Below are positions 8,207-16,363 of a stretch of 20,000 nucleotides of DNA, in pieces. Location: the IMG/VR virus record IMGVR_UViG_3300020312_000001. One strand, given 5' to 3'. Within the stretch, counting starts at the first letter, position 1; every line of letters begins with the position of its first letter. This stretch comes from an uncultured virus (IMG/VR IMGVR_UViG_3300020312_000001) (Duplodnaviria > Heunggongvirae > Uroviricota > Caudoviricetes > Crassvirales). The notes under the pieces were generated by a model. That model had not been told where the DNA came from. It saw only the letters and a program-made list of their open reading frames with translations, and made no database searches. A program made the translations under genes and the position numbers.

Positions 8207-8737
8207 ATGGCATTCAAAATGAAGGGTTTTAGCCCATTTACAAAGAAAACAGGAAATCCTGATTTAGAACAAGGATTAGGTAATGATGAGGATATGAGAG
8301 AATATCTGGAAAGAAAAGAAAAAGAAAAAGCTGGCGCGGCTAAAACACCACCGCCGCGTGAAAAGGAAGAGTTCAAAGAGCCAGAGGTAGAGGAGAATCC
8401 TGAAGAAGAAACTAAACCTAAAAGCTCAAGATGGGAAGAAAGAGCTGATGTGGAAGAAAAAACTAAAGATGAGGAAGATGATGATTTACCTTTTAAAATG
8501 AGCGTGTCGTTTAGTAGTCCATTTACAAAAACAAAAGATGATCCAGTTGATAAAAATTGGAAAGAAAATCAAAGTATAATGGATGACTTAAAATCTCTTA
8601 AAGAGGATTTAAGGGACGCTAAAACTCCAGAAGAAAAAAGAAAAATTCAAATGGACATAGAGCAAACTCAGAAGATAATCGACAAGGGTTACGAAGAGAG
8701 TAGTCAACTAAACCCTAATAATCCAGATAGAGACTAA
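8207..8737 (+). CDS. Highly charged hypothetical protein with two copies of the FKM...SPFTK motif
   Basis: MAFKMKGFSPFTKK at the N-terminus and PFKMSVSFSSPFTKTK internally (~8489). Confidence 0.7.
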   Translation: MAFKMKGFSPFTKKTGNPDLEQGLGNDEDMREYLERKEKEKAGAAKTPPPREKEEFKEPEVEENPEEETKPKSSRWEERADVEEKTKDEEDDDLPFKMSVSFSSPFTKTKDDPVDKNWKENQSIMDDLKSLKEDLRDAKTPEEKRKIQMDIEQTQKIIDKGYEESSQLNPNNPDRD

Positions 8738-9081
8738 TGGCAAAAGAATTATCAGAAGATAGTAAGTTTAATATAAGTATTAAAACTTTAATCAGTATAG
8801 TTGTAGCTGTTGCTACTGTTATATCAGCTTATTTTGGTTTAATGAGCACTATTAATTCTAAGTTTGGAGAACTAGAACTCAAAGTTAATGAAGCTTTAGA
8901 ATTACCAAAGCCTGGAACAGGTATATATACAATTGATATGGGTGATCCAGCGGCTACTAATACTTGGCCTCCAACTAGAATGGAGTTTAATATGAAAGAT
9001 CAAATGGCTCGTAATCAAATAGACATGTTGATTAAAGAGATAGAGGAAATTAATGAAGAAATTAAACTATTAAGAAAATGA
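8737..9081 (+). CDS. Single-pass membrane protein with coiled-coil segments
   Basis: TM segment TLISIVVAVATVISAYFGLM; C-terminal heptads IDMLIKEIEEINEEIKLL. Confidence 0.7.
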   Translation: MAKELSEDSKFNISIKTLISIVVAVATVISAYFGLMSTINSKFGELELKVNEALELPKPGTGIYTIDMGDPAATNTWPPTRMEFNMKDQMARNQIDMLIKEIEEINEEIKLLRK

Positions 9082-9476
9082 TAAAACAAATAGATATATC
9101 AAACTATCTCTACGTGTTAATAATGCTACTTGCTTTTGGTTGCGGAACAGCTATAGGGCAAGAGTTTATAAATGGTGATTTTGAAGATCGCATAGCTAAA
9201 GATGTTGTGGCTGTAGAGTTTTGGGCTGACTGGAACTCTGCTAATCAATTTAATGACTTAGCTAAATTAAAAGAGTGTGAAAAATATAGATTAGATATTA
9301 TGGCGAATTCTGACACTCAAGCCAAGTATAACGTATCTGCTATACCCACTGTTATTATATTTGATAATGGTGTAGAAAAAGAAAGGTTTAACGCTAATAT
9401 TATGTTTCAATTAGAAGCTGATAAAAAAACTATACAGAATTCTATTGACACAATAATACTAAATAAATTTCAATAA
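9078..9476 (+). CDS. Exported thioredoxin-fold protein lacking the CxxC active site
   Basis: Hydrophobic N-terminus; VAVEFWADWNSAN in place of VDFWAxWCGPC; KYNVSAIPTVIIFDNGVEKERF cis-Pro region. Confidence 0.8.
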   Translation: MIKQIDISNYLYVLIMLLAFGCGTAIGQEFINGDFEDRIAKDVVAVEFWADWNSANQFNDLAKLKECEKYRLDIMANSDTQAKYNVSAIPTVIIFDNGVEKERFNANIMFQLEADKKTIQNSIDTIILNKFQ

Positions 9477-9478
9477 TT

Positions 9479-9655
9479 ATGAGTAGTCCATTTCAAAAAT
9501 CATTTTCATCTAAATCACCAATGAAAAACGACAGTTGGTGGTCTAAGATTAAAAAACAATTTACTCCAACAGATTATTCTAGTTCTTCTAACGTGAAACG
9601 TAACGTAAAAACAAAAGTGAACGAATCTGGAATGCCTTCTAGAAGAGGTAAATAA
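9479..9655 (+). CDS. Small basic Ser-rich protein (58 aa, MSSPFQKSFSSKSPMK...)
   Basis: Translated by hand; last ORF before the terminator; carries SPF/SPMK motifs like its neighbours. Confidence 0.6.
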   Translation: MSSPFQKSFSSKSPMKNDSWWSKIKKQFTPTDYSSSSNVKRNVKTKVNESGMPSRRGK

Positions 9656-9688
9656 AAAAAAGGGAGCCGAAGCTCCCTTTATTATTTT
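9654..9688. terminator. Bidirectional intrinsic terminator
   Basis: Hairpin AAAGGGAGC-CGAA-GCTCCCTTT (9659-9680) with an A-run on the left and a T-rich run on the right, between convergent operons. Confidence 0.9.
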
Positions 9689-9866
9689 AACTATTTTTTA
9701 TAGTCTGAATTTGTTTCCTCACATTCTGAGCAGCTTCCTTAATTGTCTGCATACTCTTTCTAGCTCTAGTTCCAGCTGATTTATTTCCACCCATAAACTT
9801 TTCTATTTCCTCGTGAGCGCTGTGCATTTCATCTTGCATAACGTCTAATAATTCTTCTAAATTCAT
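9687..9866 (-). CDS. Histone H1-like (Hc1-family) nucleoid protein, 59 aa
   Basis: Hand translation MNLEELLDVMQDEMHSAHEEIEKFMGGNKSAGTRARKSMQTIKEAAQNVRKQIQTIKNS; GNKxAGTRARK is the Hc1-family signature. Confidence 0.8.
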   Translation of the reverse strand: MNLEELLDVMQDEMHSAHEEIEKFMGGNKSAGTRARKSMQTIKEAAQNVRKQIQTIKNS

Positions 9867-9884
9867 ATTTTATATTTTATTAAA

Positions 9885-11750
9885 TTAAACAACTTCACAT
9901 GATCCACCAGCACAAGCTAACTCGCCTGATAAATCTGTGTTATCTTCAGCTTCAATAACTTTCGTTAAATCTACATTAGATAATACTTTGGACATCTTAT
10001 TGTATTTAGCTTCGTCAATGTCCTCAAACGGAGCCTGAGTATATGTACCACCATCATATGGTAATACAGATAACCCGTTGTAATATTCTCTATTTTCCCA
10101 CATCCAATCTCCTGCTTTCTTCCATTCATTCTCTTTTAAAGATATCGTAGCTGAAACATTATGAGTATTACTACCTCGTCTATGACCAGGTCGTATCCAC
10201 TCTTGTGCAACACGTTTAACTCTTTCAAGAGTATCAAACGGTGATTCAGTTCTAAGTATTGAACCATCAGGTGCTTTTTGTGGTATGGAAATAACAGCAG
10301 TATCGTGAGGTCTGAAGTACTCATCTTCAATCAATTCCTTATGGTTATTTAATAAATACCCATATATAGCCTCATTCTTCCCTACGCGCATTCTACGGAC
10401 ATAATAATCATTATGCCAAGCATGAATACCCGAAGATGTTCCGAGGACCAGAGATGTCGTCCCTGCAGGTTTTACAGTTGTACATCTAGCTGATGAATTA
10501 ATCCCTATTAGTTTCGCTACTCGTGTATTTTCCTTTGTCACGATATTTGCAGCGGCCTTCATATCCATTTGGAGCACAGCGGCACTCCCGATTCCTGTCA
10601 TTGACACACCTATAAGAGCGTCTTTTTCTGTTGTTTCTTTCCATATTTCTCTAAGATAGTGGAAGTCAGTATATCCAGCTTGTAATGTCCCTATAAACGC
10701 TGCGGCTTTAACTCTAGCGTTTAAATCATCTTGATCTTTAACATTAGATACATTAACTTCACAAAGGTTACAGAACTGGAAGGGCCTAAGCGCTATCTCA
10801 CAGCAAGGGTTTGTACCCCAGTCTTTGTCATTGTTAAGATATATACCAGGCTCTCCAGCTCCAGATAGTTCAACTCGTTTCCATAGGTCCATAAAAAACT
10901 CTTTAGTTATTTTATGTCTCATTAAAACAGCTGAGTTATTAGCTCTACCTCTTTGTGGATTAGTTTCCCACCAATTACCAGACTTACAAGATATCATATC
11001 GTCGTCAGTAGCAGTAAACAAACTGATTAAAGCAGCTCGTCTAATACCACCAGCTAATACAGCGTCGGCTATATGACATATAATATCGTGTACTTCTAGT
11101 GATGTTAATGTTGAACCATCCTCCTTTGCTTCTAAAATACCCTCGACCTTTATTAAACATTCTTTTAAAGGCTGTGGACCAGGTGCTTTACCACCTGATG
11201 TCACTAGCCTAGCACCTTTAGGTCTGATGTCAGTATAATCAAATACTATTCTTGAAGCTCTTTTCTCTCCAAGATAAGATCTAATCAATACTTTAACAGC
11301 ATCAGACCAACCCTCAATTGAATCACCTATAACAAACCTTCTAGTTCTATTCCTAAAAGGTTTCATTAAAAACGGTAAACTCTTTATATGGTGCTGTTGA
11401 ACTGAATATCCAACTCCACATCCTGATAACAATAGAAACATTATCTCGTTGAACGCATCTAAGCTATCAACAGGTAGATAAGAACAGTTGTATAATCTAT
11501 TAGGAGATATTTCAATTGGCTTTCCAGCAAATTGTAAACTTCTCATAGATGGTAATATCTGTTTTGTAAACACATAACTATACGCTTTTCTTATTTCAAC
11601 CTCCAACTCCGGGTATTTCTTAATATGCATTGCCATATTTCTATCCACTAATTCTTCCCAAGTTTCTCTACGTTGTAGTTCAGGAATATATTTAGCGTAT
11701 TTCATATGAACAGTGATATCAGATAAAATGTTACTATTAATTTCTTTCAT
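9885..11750 (-). CDS. nrdJ: Class II (adenosylcobalamin-dependent) ribonucleotide reductase, monomeric RTPR-like
   Basis: LYNCSY, TNPCCEI, CNLCEV, TTVKPAGTTS, C-terminal ACAGGSCE; no beta-subunit gene adjacent. Confidence 0.9.
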   Translation of the reverse strand: MKEINSNILSDITVHMKYAKYIPELQRRETWEELVDRNMAMHIKKYPELEVEIRKAYSYVFTKQILPSMRSLQFAGKPIEISPNRLYNCSYLPVDSLDAFNEIMFLLLSGCGVGYSVQQHHIKSLPFLMKPFRNRTRRFVIGDSIEGWSDAVKVLIRSYLGEKRASRIVFDYTDIRPKGARLVTSGGKAPGPQPLKECLIKVEGILEAKEDGSTLTSLEVHDIICHIADAVLAGGIRRAALISLFTATDDDMISCKSGNWWETNPQRGRANNSAVLMRHKITKEFFMDLWKRVELSGAGEPGIYLNNDKDWGTNPCCEIALRPFQFCNLCEVNVSNVKDQDDLNARVKAAAFIGTLQAGYTDFHYLREIWKETTEKDALIGVSMTGIGSAAVLQMDMKAAANIVTKENTRVAKLIGINSSARCTTVKPAGTTSLVLGTSSGIHAWHNDYYVRRMRVGKNEAIYGYLLNNHKELIEDEYFRPHDTAVISIPQKAPDGSILRTESPFDTLERVKRVAQEWIRPGHRRGSNTHNVSATISLKENEWKKAGDWMWENREYYNGLSVLPYDGGTYTQAPFEDIDEAKYNKMSKVLSNVDLTKVIEAEDNTDLSGELACAGGSCEVV

Positions 11751-11893
11751 TATCGTTTCTTTCTTTTAAATATTGTTAAACAAAAATCTACAAGTGGTAG
11801 ATATATTACATGGTTATGTTTATTTCGTTCGGTATACGTTCTCATTCCAAAAAGTACACCAGGATAAAATCCTACGCTAAATTCCCAATTCAT
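11750..11893 (-). CDS. Small hypothetical protein (47 aa, MNWEFSVGFYPGVLFGMRTY...)
   Basis: Translated by hand; fills the gap exactly, with its stop overlapping the nrdJ start. Confidence 0.6.
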   Translation of the reverse strand: MNWEFSVGFYPGVLFGMRTYTERNKHNHVIYLPLVDFCLTIFKRKKR

Positions 11894-11894
11894 A

Positions 11895-12335
11895 TTATTT
11901 ATTTTTAGTTATTAACTCTATTACCTGATCACATTCTTTCTGGTTTTGAGGCTTATATAAAGTCACATAAGGTCTTGAAATATTAATCATTCTCTTAAAC
12001 AGTTTCCATCTCATTGGAAAACTTTCGTTTGCTCGACCTTTACACTCTATTATAAAGTTCTCATTTACAAAATCTGGTGTGTATTTAATTGGTAATACTT
12101 TCTTATCTCCTCTGTTTTTAAATTCTCCTTTTCCATTAGATTGTCTTTCATAACTATCAATTTCAAAATTAAATCCGTCTATTAAGGTGAATGTTTCTCC
12201 TTCGTATTCAGCTTTTATCTTAGCTTTCTTTAAAGCTTGATACATATACCTTTCTAAACTAGAGGCGAAGGTTATGCCGTCAAACACAACCTTCTTAGAC
12301 CTAACAGGCCCTTTCTTTTTACGTCTCTTTCTCAT
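11895..12335 (-). CDS. PD-(D/E)XK nuclease, T7 endonuclease I/DUF1064-like (candidate Holliday junction resolvase)
   Basis: DGITFASSLE, KYTPDF, IIECKG motifs. Confidence 0.75.
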   Translation of the reverse strand: MRKRRKKKGPVRSKKVVFDGITFASSLERYMYQALKKAKIKAEYEGETFTLIDGFNFEIDSYERQSNGKGEFKNRGDKKVLPIKYTPDFVNENFIIECKGRANESFPMRWKLFKRMINISRPYVTLYKPQNQKECDQVIELITKNK

Positions 12336-12618
12336 TTAACATATCTTTAAGTTCTTCTTGTGCAGTTTGTATGTATAATACCGCGTCCATAAGTTCTTCT
12401 TGAATATCAATTAAATACTTCATGAGACCTTTTATCTTCGTTGTTCTCTCTTCATGAAGAGTCGTGCCGTATTTTTCATAACCAGCGTCTGAACGCTCTT
12501 TAAATTTATCAACAACACGTTTTACAACAGGATCTCGAAACTCAGGACTTAAATCGCAATTCAAGCCGTTGATGGCTTCACTAAACCCTTGTGCATCCAT
12601 TATTTCTCTACTACTCAT
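12319..12618 (-). CDS. Small all-alpha protein, possible MazG/dimeric dUTPase-like NTP pyrophosphatase
   Basis: KYGTTL...IQEELMDAVLY, an EExxD acidic helix; adjacent to the MazG gene. Confidence 0.5.
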   Translation of the reverse strand: MSSREIMDAQGFSEAINGLNCDLSPEFRDPVVKRVVDKFKERSDAGYEKYGTTLHEERTTKIKGLMKYLIDIQEELMDAVLYIQTAQEELKDMLNEKET

Positions 12619-12621
12619 ATA

Positions 12622-13434
12622 TTAATCTTTTACAAATGTTCCATTTTTCATTTTACCAGTTCTTTTACTTATAACATCATAAGCTGATTCAACACATTCT
12701 TCAATTGTTAAACCACAAAGTTCTGCTAAGTTAGTTAATACAACAACCATATCACCGATACCATCTTTTATCTCAGCATCATCTTGTTTTAATATAGCTC
12801 TACCAACTTCACCAGCTTCTTCCATTAATTTGATATATTGGGTTTTAGGATCTCCATTAGCATATATACCACGATCTTCAGCCCAATCTCTAATTTTATC
12901 AAAGTAAAAAACCACACCATCATCATGCTCGTAGAAGTCTTCTTCTTTAAATGGAAGTTCATCTCTCTTGTTGTCTAAATACTTGATCATAGCTTTGTTA
13001 TAAACATAACATCTATCATTGTTAAACATGGATGTCTTAGCGTTTTTAACTATCCATTTAGTTAGATCAGTATCTAAATAAACACTACCATGCTCTGTAT
13101 CCCAGCGCATTTCTAGATTATCCATCAACCGACCTTTGAGCTTGTTGAGTGGACACGGAAAAGTAGTAGTCTGTTCCGTTACATTTATCTTCATATTCTT
13201 TAATTTTAAATTAACACTCAGTTCATTATATGGAATAAGATCAACTTTGTAACCATATTCCTTTTGTAATTCTATTTCACGTTTAGATATATAATTTATA
13301 TCGTCTGATGACTCTAGAATCTCATACTCACCCACCTCATAACCTTGTTGACATTCAACTCTATTGTATAGGTCGTTTGTAACACCGATCTTTTTTCCTG
13401 GTATGTGGTATATTACATATTTATTATCTATCAT
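12622..13434 (-). CDS. Multidomain protein: N-terminal GIY-YIG-like region, unknown middle domain, C-terminal MazG-like NTP pyrophosphohydrolase
   Basis: YVIYHIPGKKIGVT..LYNR; C-terminal KLMEEAGEV...EIKDGIGDMVVVL. Confidence 0.75.
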   Translation of the reverse strand: MIDNKYVIYHIPGKKIGVTNDLYNRVECQQGYEVGEYEILESSDDINYISKREIELQKEYGYKVDLIPYNELSVNLKLKNMKINVTEQTTTFPCPLNKLKGRLMDNLEMRWDTEHGSVYLDTDLTKWIVKNAKTSMFNNDRCYVYNKAMIKYLDNKRDELPFKEEDFYEHDDGVVFYFDKIRDWAEDRGIYANGDPKTQYIKLMEEAGEVGRAILKQDDAEIKDGIGDMVVVLTNLAELCGLTIEECVESAYDVISKRTGKMKNGTFVKD

Positions 13435-14084
13435 AGCTTTTCAATTATATTATCGTAAAGATGTAAGTTGTGTGCAAAGTGGTAATAACTACCTATTAGT
13501 AAACCTGTCTCTGTAGCAACTAATTCCTGTAACTTAGAGAAACAGTATTGATCGTTGCAGAAACCGTACCATAAATCATTAGAACGCATTACAACACACA
13601 TGTCAAGATGTTGAGCTTGAATCGTAAACTGAACAGCATAAGTACATGGAGTGTCATTTGTATAGTGCCCGTAGTTTATTTCCTTAGCATCATATATACT
13701 GATAGCAGCTTGTCTAGTTCTAGGATTTGTTTTAAGCATTGCTATAACATTATCTAGTTGGTTGTCTCTTTTCCATTGCCAACCATAATTAGAATTAACA
13801 TTACCATCTTTGTCAGCCATACGTTTCCATATCTCAGGTATTTTACCATATAATTCACCCAGCTTATTAATGTTTCTATCACCAGATAAATACCATTGCC
13901 ATTCAGCTTCAGCATAATCCCATTTCCAATTACGATCTTCATCATCAATCAAGTTGTCCATTGGGTCATTTATATAAAAACCAACATTAAACAAAGCTTG
14001 AGTGTCATCAAATTCAACACCATAATCTTTTATTAATCTTTTGTAATGCTTAAAAGCTTGATTTGCATTTCTAAATTTAATCAT
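13431..14084 (-). CDS. Thymidylate-synthase-fold enzyme, dCMP hydroxymethylase-like
   Basis: NSNYG, TRQA, DTPCT (catalytic Cys), MRSNDLWYGFCND, YYHFAHNLHLY. Start placed at ATG 14084 (MIKFRN). Confidence 0.8.
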   Translation of the reverse strand: MIKFRNANQAFKHYKRLIKDYGVEFDDTQALFNVGFYINDPMDNLIDDEDRNWKWDYAEAEWQWYLSGDRNINKLGELYGKIPEIWKRMADKDGNVNSNYGWQWKRDNQLDNVIAMLKTNPRTRQAAISIYDAKEINYGHYTNDTPCTYAVQFTIQAQHLDMCVVMRSNDLWYGFCNDQYCFSKLQELVATETGLLIGSYYHFAHNLHLYDNIIEKL

Positions 14085-14343
14085 CTTTTTTATATTTATT
14101 ATAATAGTAATCACAGTACTCATACACTTTGTGCATGATGCTTTCTTTTTTATATCTATTGGGATCAGTGTTTGTTTTACCGTTCATTGTTATTTCCACC
14201 GTCCAATTACCATAGTCTTGTCCCCAAAGAGGAATCGGTCCTATTTTTATACCATTACTAAAGCACCAGTTGTATGATTTTAAATCATCATCCACTCTGC
14301 AGTGTTTAGGGTATTTTCCGTGTTCCTCTTTTAACTTTCCCAT
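14077..14343 (-). CDS. Hypothetical protein
   Basis: 88-aa ORF overlapping both neighbours in the operon. Confidence 0.6.
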   Translation of the reverse strand: MGKLKEEHGKYPKHCRVDDDLKSYNWCFSNGIKIGPIPLWGQDYGNWTVEITMNGKTNTDPNRYKKESIMHKVYEYCDYYYNKYKKDD

Positions 14344-16052
14344 GGTAATGCTCCAACATCAGCTGTGTCAGTCACTAACGGTACGTAACTACCTGATTTT
14401 GGTTCCCAATTAAAATGAGCTTCAGCTTGATTCTCACCTAAGTTTTGAAACTTAACTTTTAAGACTTTGACCTTAACTGTTTTAGCTTCGTAATCTCTAT
14501 GCACTAAAAGTCCGTGATAACTAGCATCATACCATTCGCCTCCACCCTTAATACTATACATTGTGGGTTCTTCAATTTTACCCTCTTTATCTCTGTACAT
14601 TTTAGTAGGGTGAGCAACAACCATAACCAATACATCATATTTTTTAGCAAACGTTTCGATTTTAGTTAAATACTCCATAGTGTAACGATTAACATCTTCA
14701 GTCTTACAATCAACATCTCTAATCTTGTTAAAGGGATCAATGACTAAACATTTAATACCTTTACGTTTCACAAGCTCAGCACCTTTGCGTAGTACATCTT
14801 CTAAAGTATATCTATCCATATCAATAAAGAAATAATTATCATTAATATGTTCGGTAACTTGTTTCCATTTGTCACTACCAACATCATCTTTAGTTGGCAT
14901 TCCCTCCCATGTTTTACGTATCAACTTATGAGCATGTAGAAAATTAGGTTTGTTTTCTGGAGACGCAAACGCTGTCTTCCACCCATAATTTCTATTATAA
15001 CCTATACACATTTGGTCTACAAAGTCTGACTTACCAGATGATGGTATACCTGTTACAGTTATAAACTGCGAGGTATATGTAGAGAATATTCTATCAAAAT
15101 TCTCTAAACCAACCTGATAACCAGGTTTAAAACCGTTGTGTACGAAGTCGAGTAAATCAGCCTCAATATCTTTAAGGGTTGAAACACCTTCTAATGGAAC
15201 TTGAGTTGCAGAACTTATAACCTTTCTAAGTTCTTCTGCTCCGTGTTCTACTAGAAAATCATTAGGGTCTTTATTACCGTTGAAATCTACCAAATAACAG
15301 ACTTCAGCACCAAGACGTCTAATTAACTCATATCTTAAAGCTTGACCAGCCTCATCAGCATCGACCGCTAATATAACCTTATTCTTATCTTCAAAATAAT
15401 CAATACAATTATCTAGATAATCTAGATTATTACTGTTTAACGTGGCACCGTTAGGAACTGATATCACATTCTTGATTCCAGCTTCGTGTAATGCTAAAGC
15501 ATCCATTTCACCTTCAGTGATAACGCACCAGTCATATCCTACAATACTATTTATGTTGTAGAATATCTTTTCAGCACCTTTATATAGTTTAAAATTCTTT
15601 CTTCCATCTCTATACTTTATATTAATAAGCTCATCACCCATAATATAATTAAATTGTATAGTATTTTCTTTCCCTCCTGTTTGAGGCATAAACTCTTCGC
15701 CTGTTGTAACACTTAAGTCATCTAACGTTTGTTGAGATATACCTCTAGTTTTAAACCACTCAACAGCCTTGTCTTTAACTGGCTCGAATACTTCAACTGG
15801 TATTGGTTTTACATATTCTCTAGTCGCGTTACCTTTACGTTGGTATGTATGTAACTGAAAGCTAGTGTCACAGTTATGACAAGTGCCGAGACCACGTTCC
15901 CAATCATAAGAAGCACATTGCAGCTTCTGATTCTTAGGTTGTCTAGTGTGAGAGCACAAAGGGCAAATGCCTTGAGTGCTCCCAGGTTTTAGACTGTATT
16001 GATTGAATTGGTCAATCAAGAATCCATTGATCTCTGTGTTTTCTATATTCAT
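14331..16052 (-). CDS. Bifunctional primase-helicase (T7 gp4/Twinkle-like)
   Basis: Zn ribbon CPLC...CHNC; TOPRIM ITEGEMD and DADEAG; Walker A GIPSSGKS; LVIDP; VAHPTK. Confidence 0.92.
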   Translation of the reverse strand: MNIENTEINGFLIDQFNQYSLKPGSTQGICPLCSHTRQPKNQKLQCASYDWERGLGTCHNCDTSFQLHTYQRKGNATREYVKPIPVEVFEPVKDKAVEWFKTRGISQQTLDDLSVTTGEEFMPQTGGKENTIQFNYIMGDELINIKYRDGRKNFKLYKGAEKIFYNINSIVGYDWCVITEGEMDALALHEAGIKNVISVPNGATLNSNNLDYLDNCIDYFEDKNKVILAVDADEAGQALRYELIRRLGAEVCYLVDFNGNKDPNDFLVEHGAEELRKVISSATQVPLEGVSTLKDIEADLLDFVHNGFKPGYQVGLENFDRIFSTYTSQFITVTGIPSSGKSDFVDQMCIGYNRNYGWKTAFASPENKPNFLHAHKLIRKTWEGMPTKDDVGSDKWKQVTEHINDNYFFIDMDRYTLEDVLRKGAELVKRKGIKCLVIDPFNKIRDVDCKTEDVNRYTMEYLTKIETFAKKYDVLVMVVAHPTKMYRDKEGKIEEPTMYSIKGGGEWYDASYHGLLVHRDYEAKTVKVKVLKVKFQNLGENQAEAHFNWEPKSGSYVPLVTDTADVGALPWES

Positions 16053-16055
16053 ATA

Positions 16056-16361
16056 TTAAAACGGTAAATCCTCTGGTTTAACAGCTGCTGGTTCAGCTGT
16101 AGGTTGATTATCTCTTGGAGCTGGTTCAACGTTTTGACCGTTACTCCAAATTACTCTAGCATTACCAAGGTAAGTTTTAGCCTGTTTAGACTCTCTTTCC
16201 TCCTTAGTTTGCTCAACAACCACTGGACCTTGATTTCCGAATTGATCGACTTCATCGTTCAGTGTTATTGTTATCGGTAGGTACTTTCCTTTCTTCCCTA
16301 CGAATATTTTATCTTTCGGTATTTCAGAAAGATTTATAGAAGTTTTTATTATACTTGCCAT
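16056..16361 (-). CDS. Probable single-stranded DNA-binding protein
   Basis: Beta-rich core, Pro/Ala linker and EDLPF C-terminal tail; lies between recombination genes and the helicase. Confidence 0.65.
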   Translation of the reverse strand: MASIIKTSINLSEIPKDKIFVGKKGKYLPITITLNDEVDQFGNQGPVVVEQTKEERESKQAKTYLGNARVIWSNGQNVEPAPRDNQPTAEPAAVKPEDLPF

Positions 16362-16363
16362 AT

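Noticed and set aside
13431..14084. Calling this gene thyA
   Set aside because: It has Asp rather than Asn at the substrate-specificity position, so no gene symbol was assigned.
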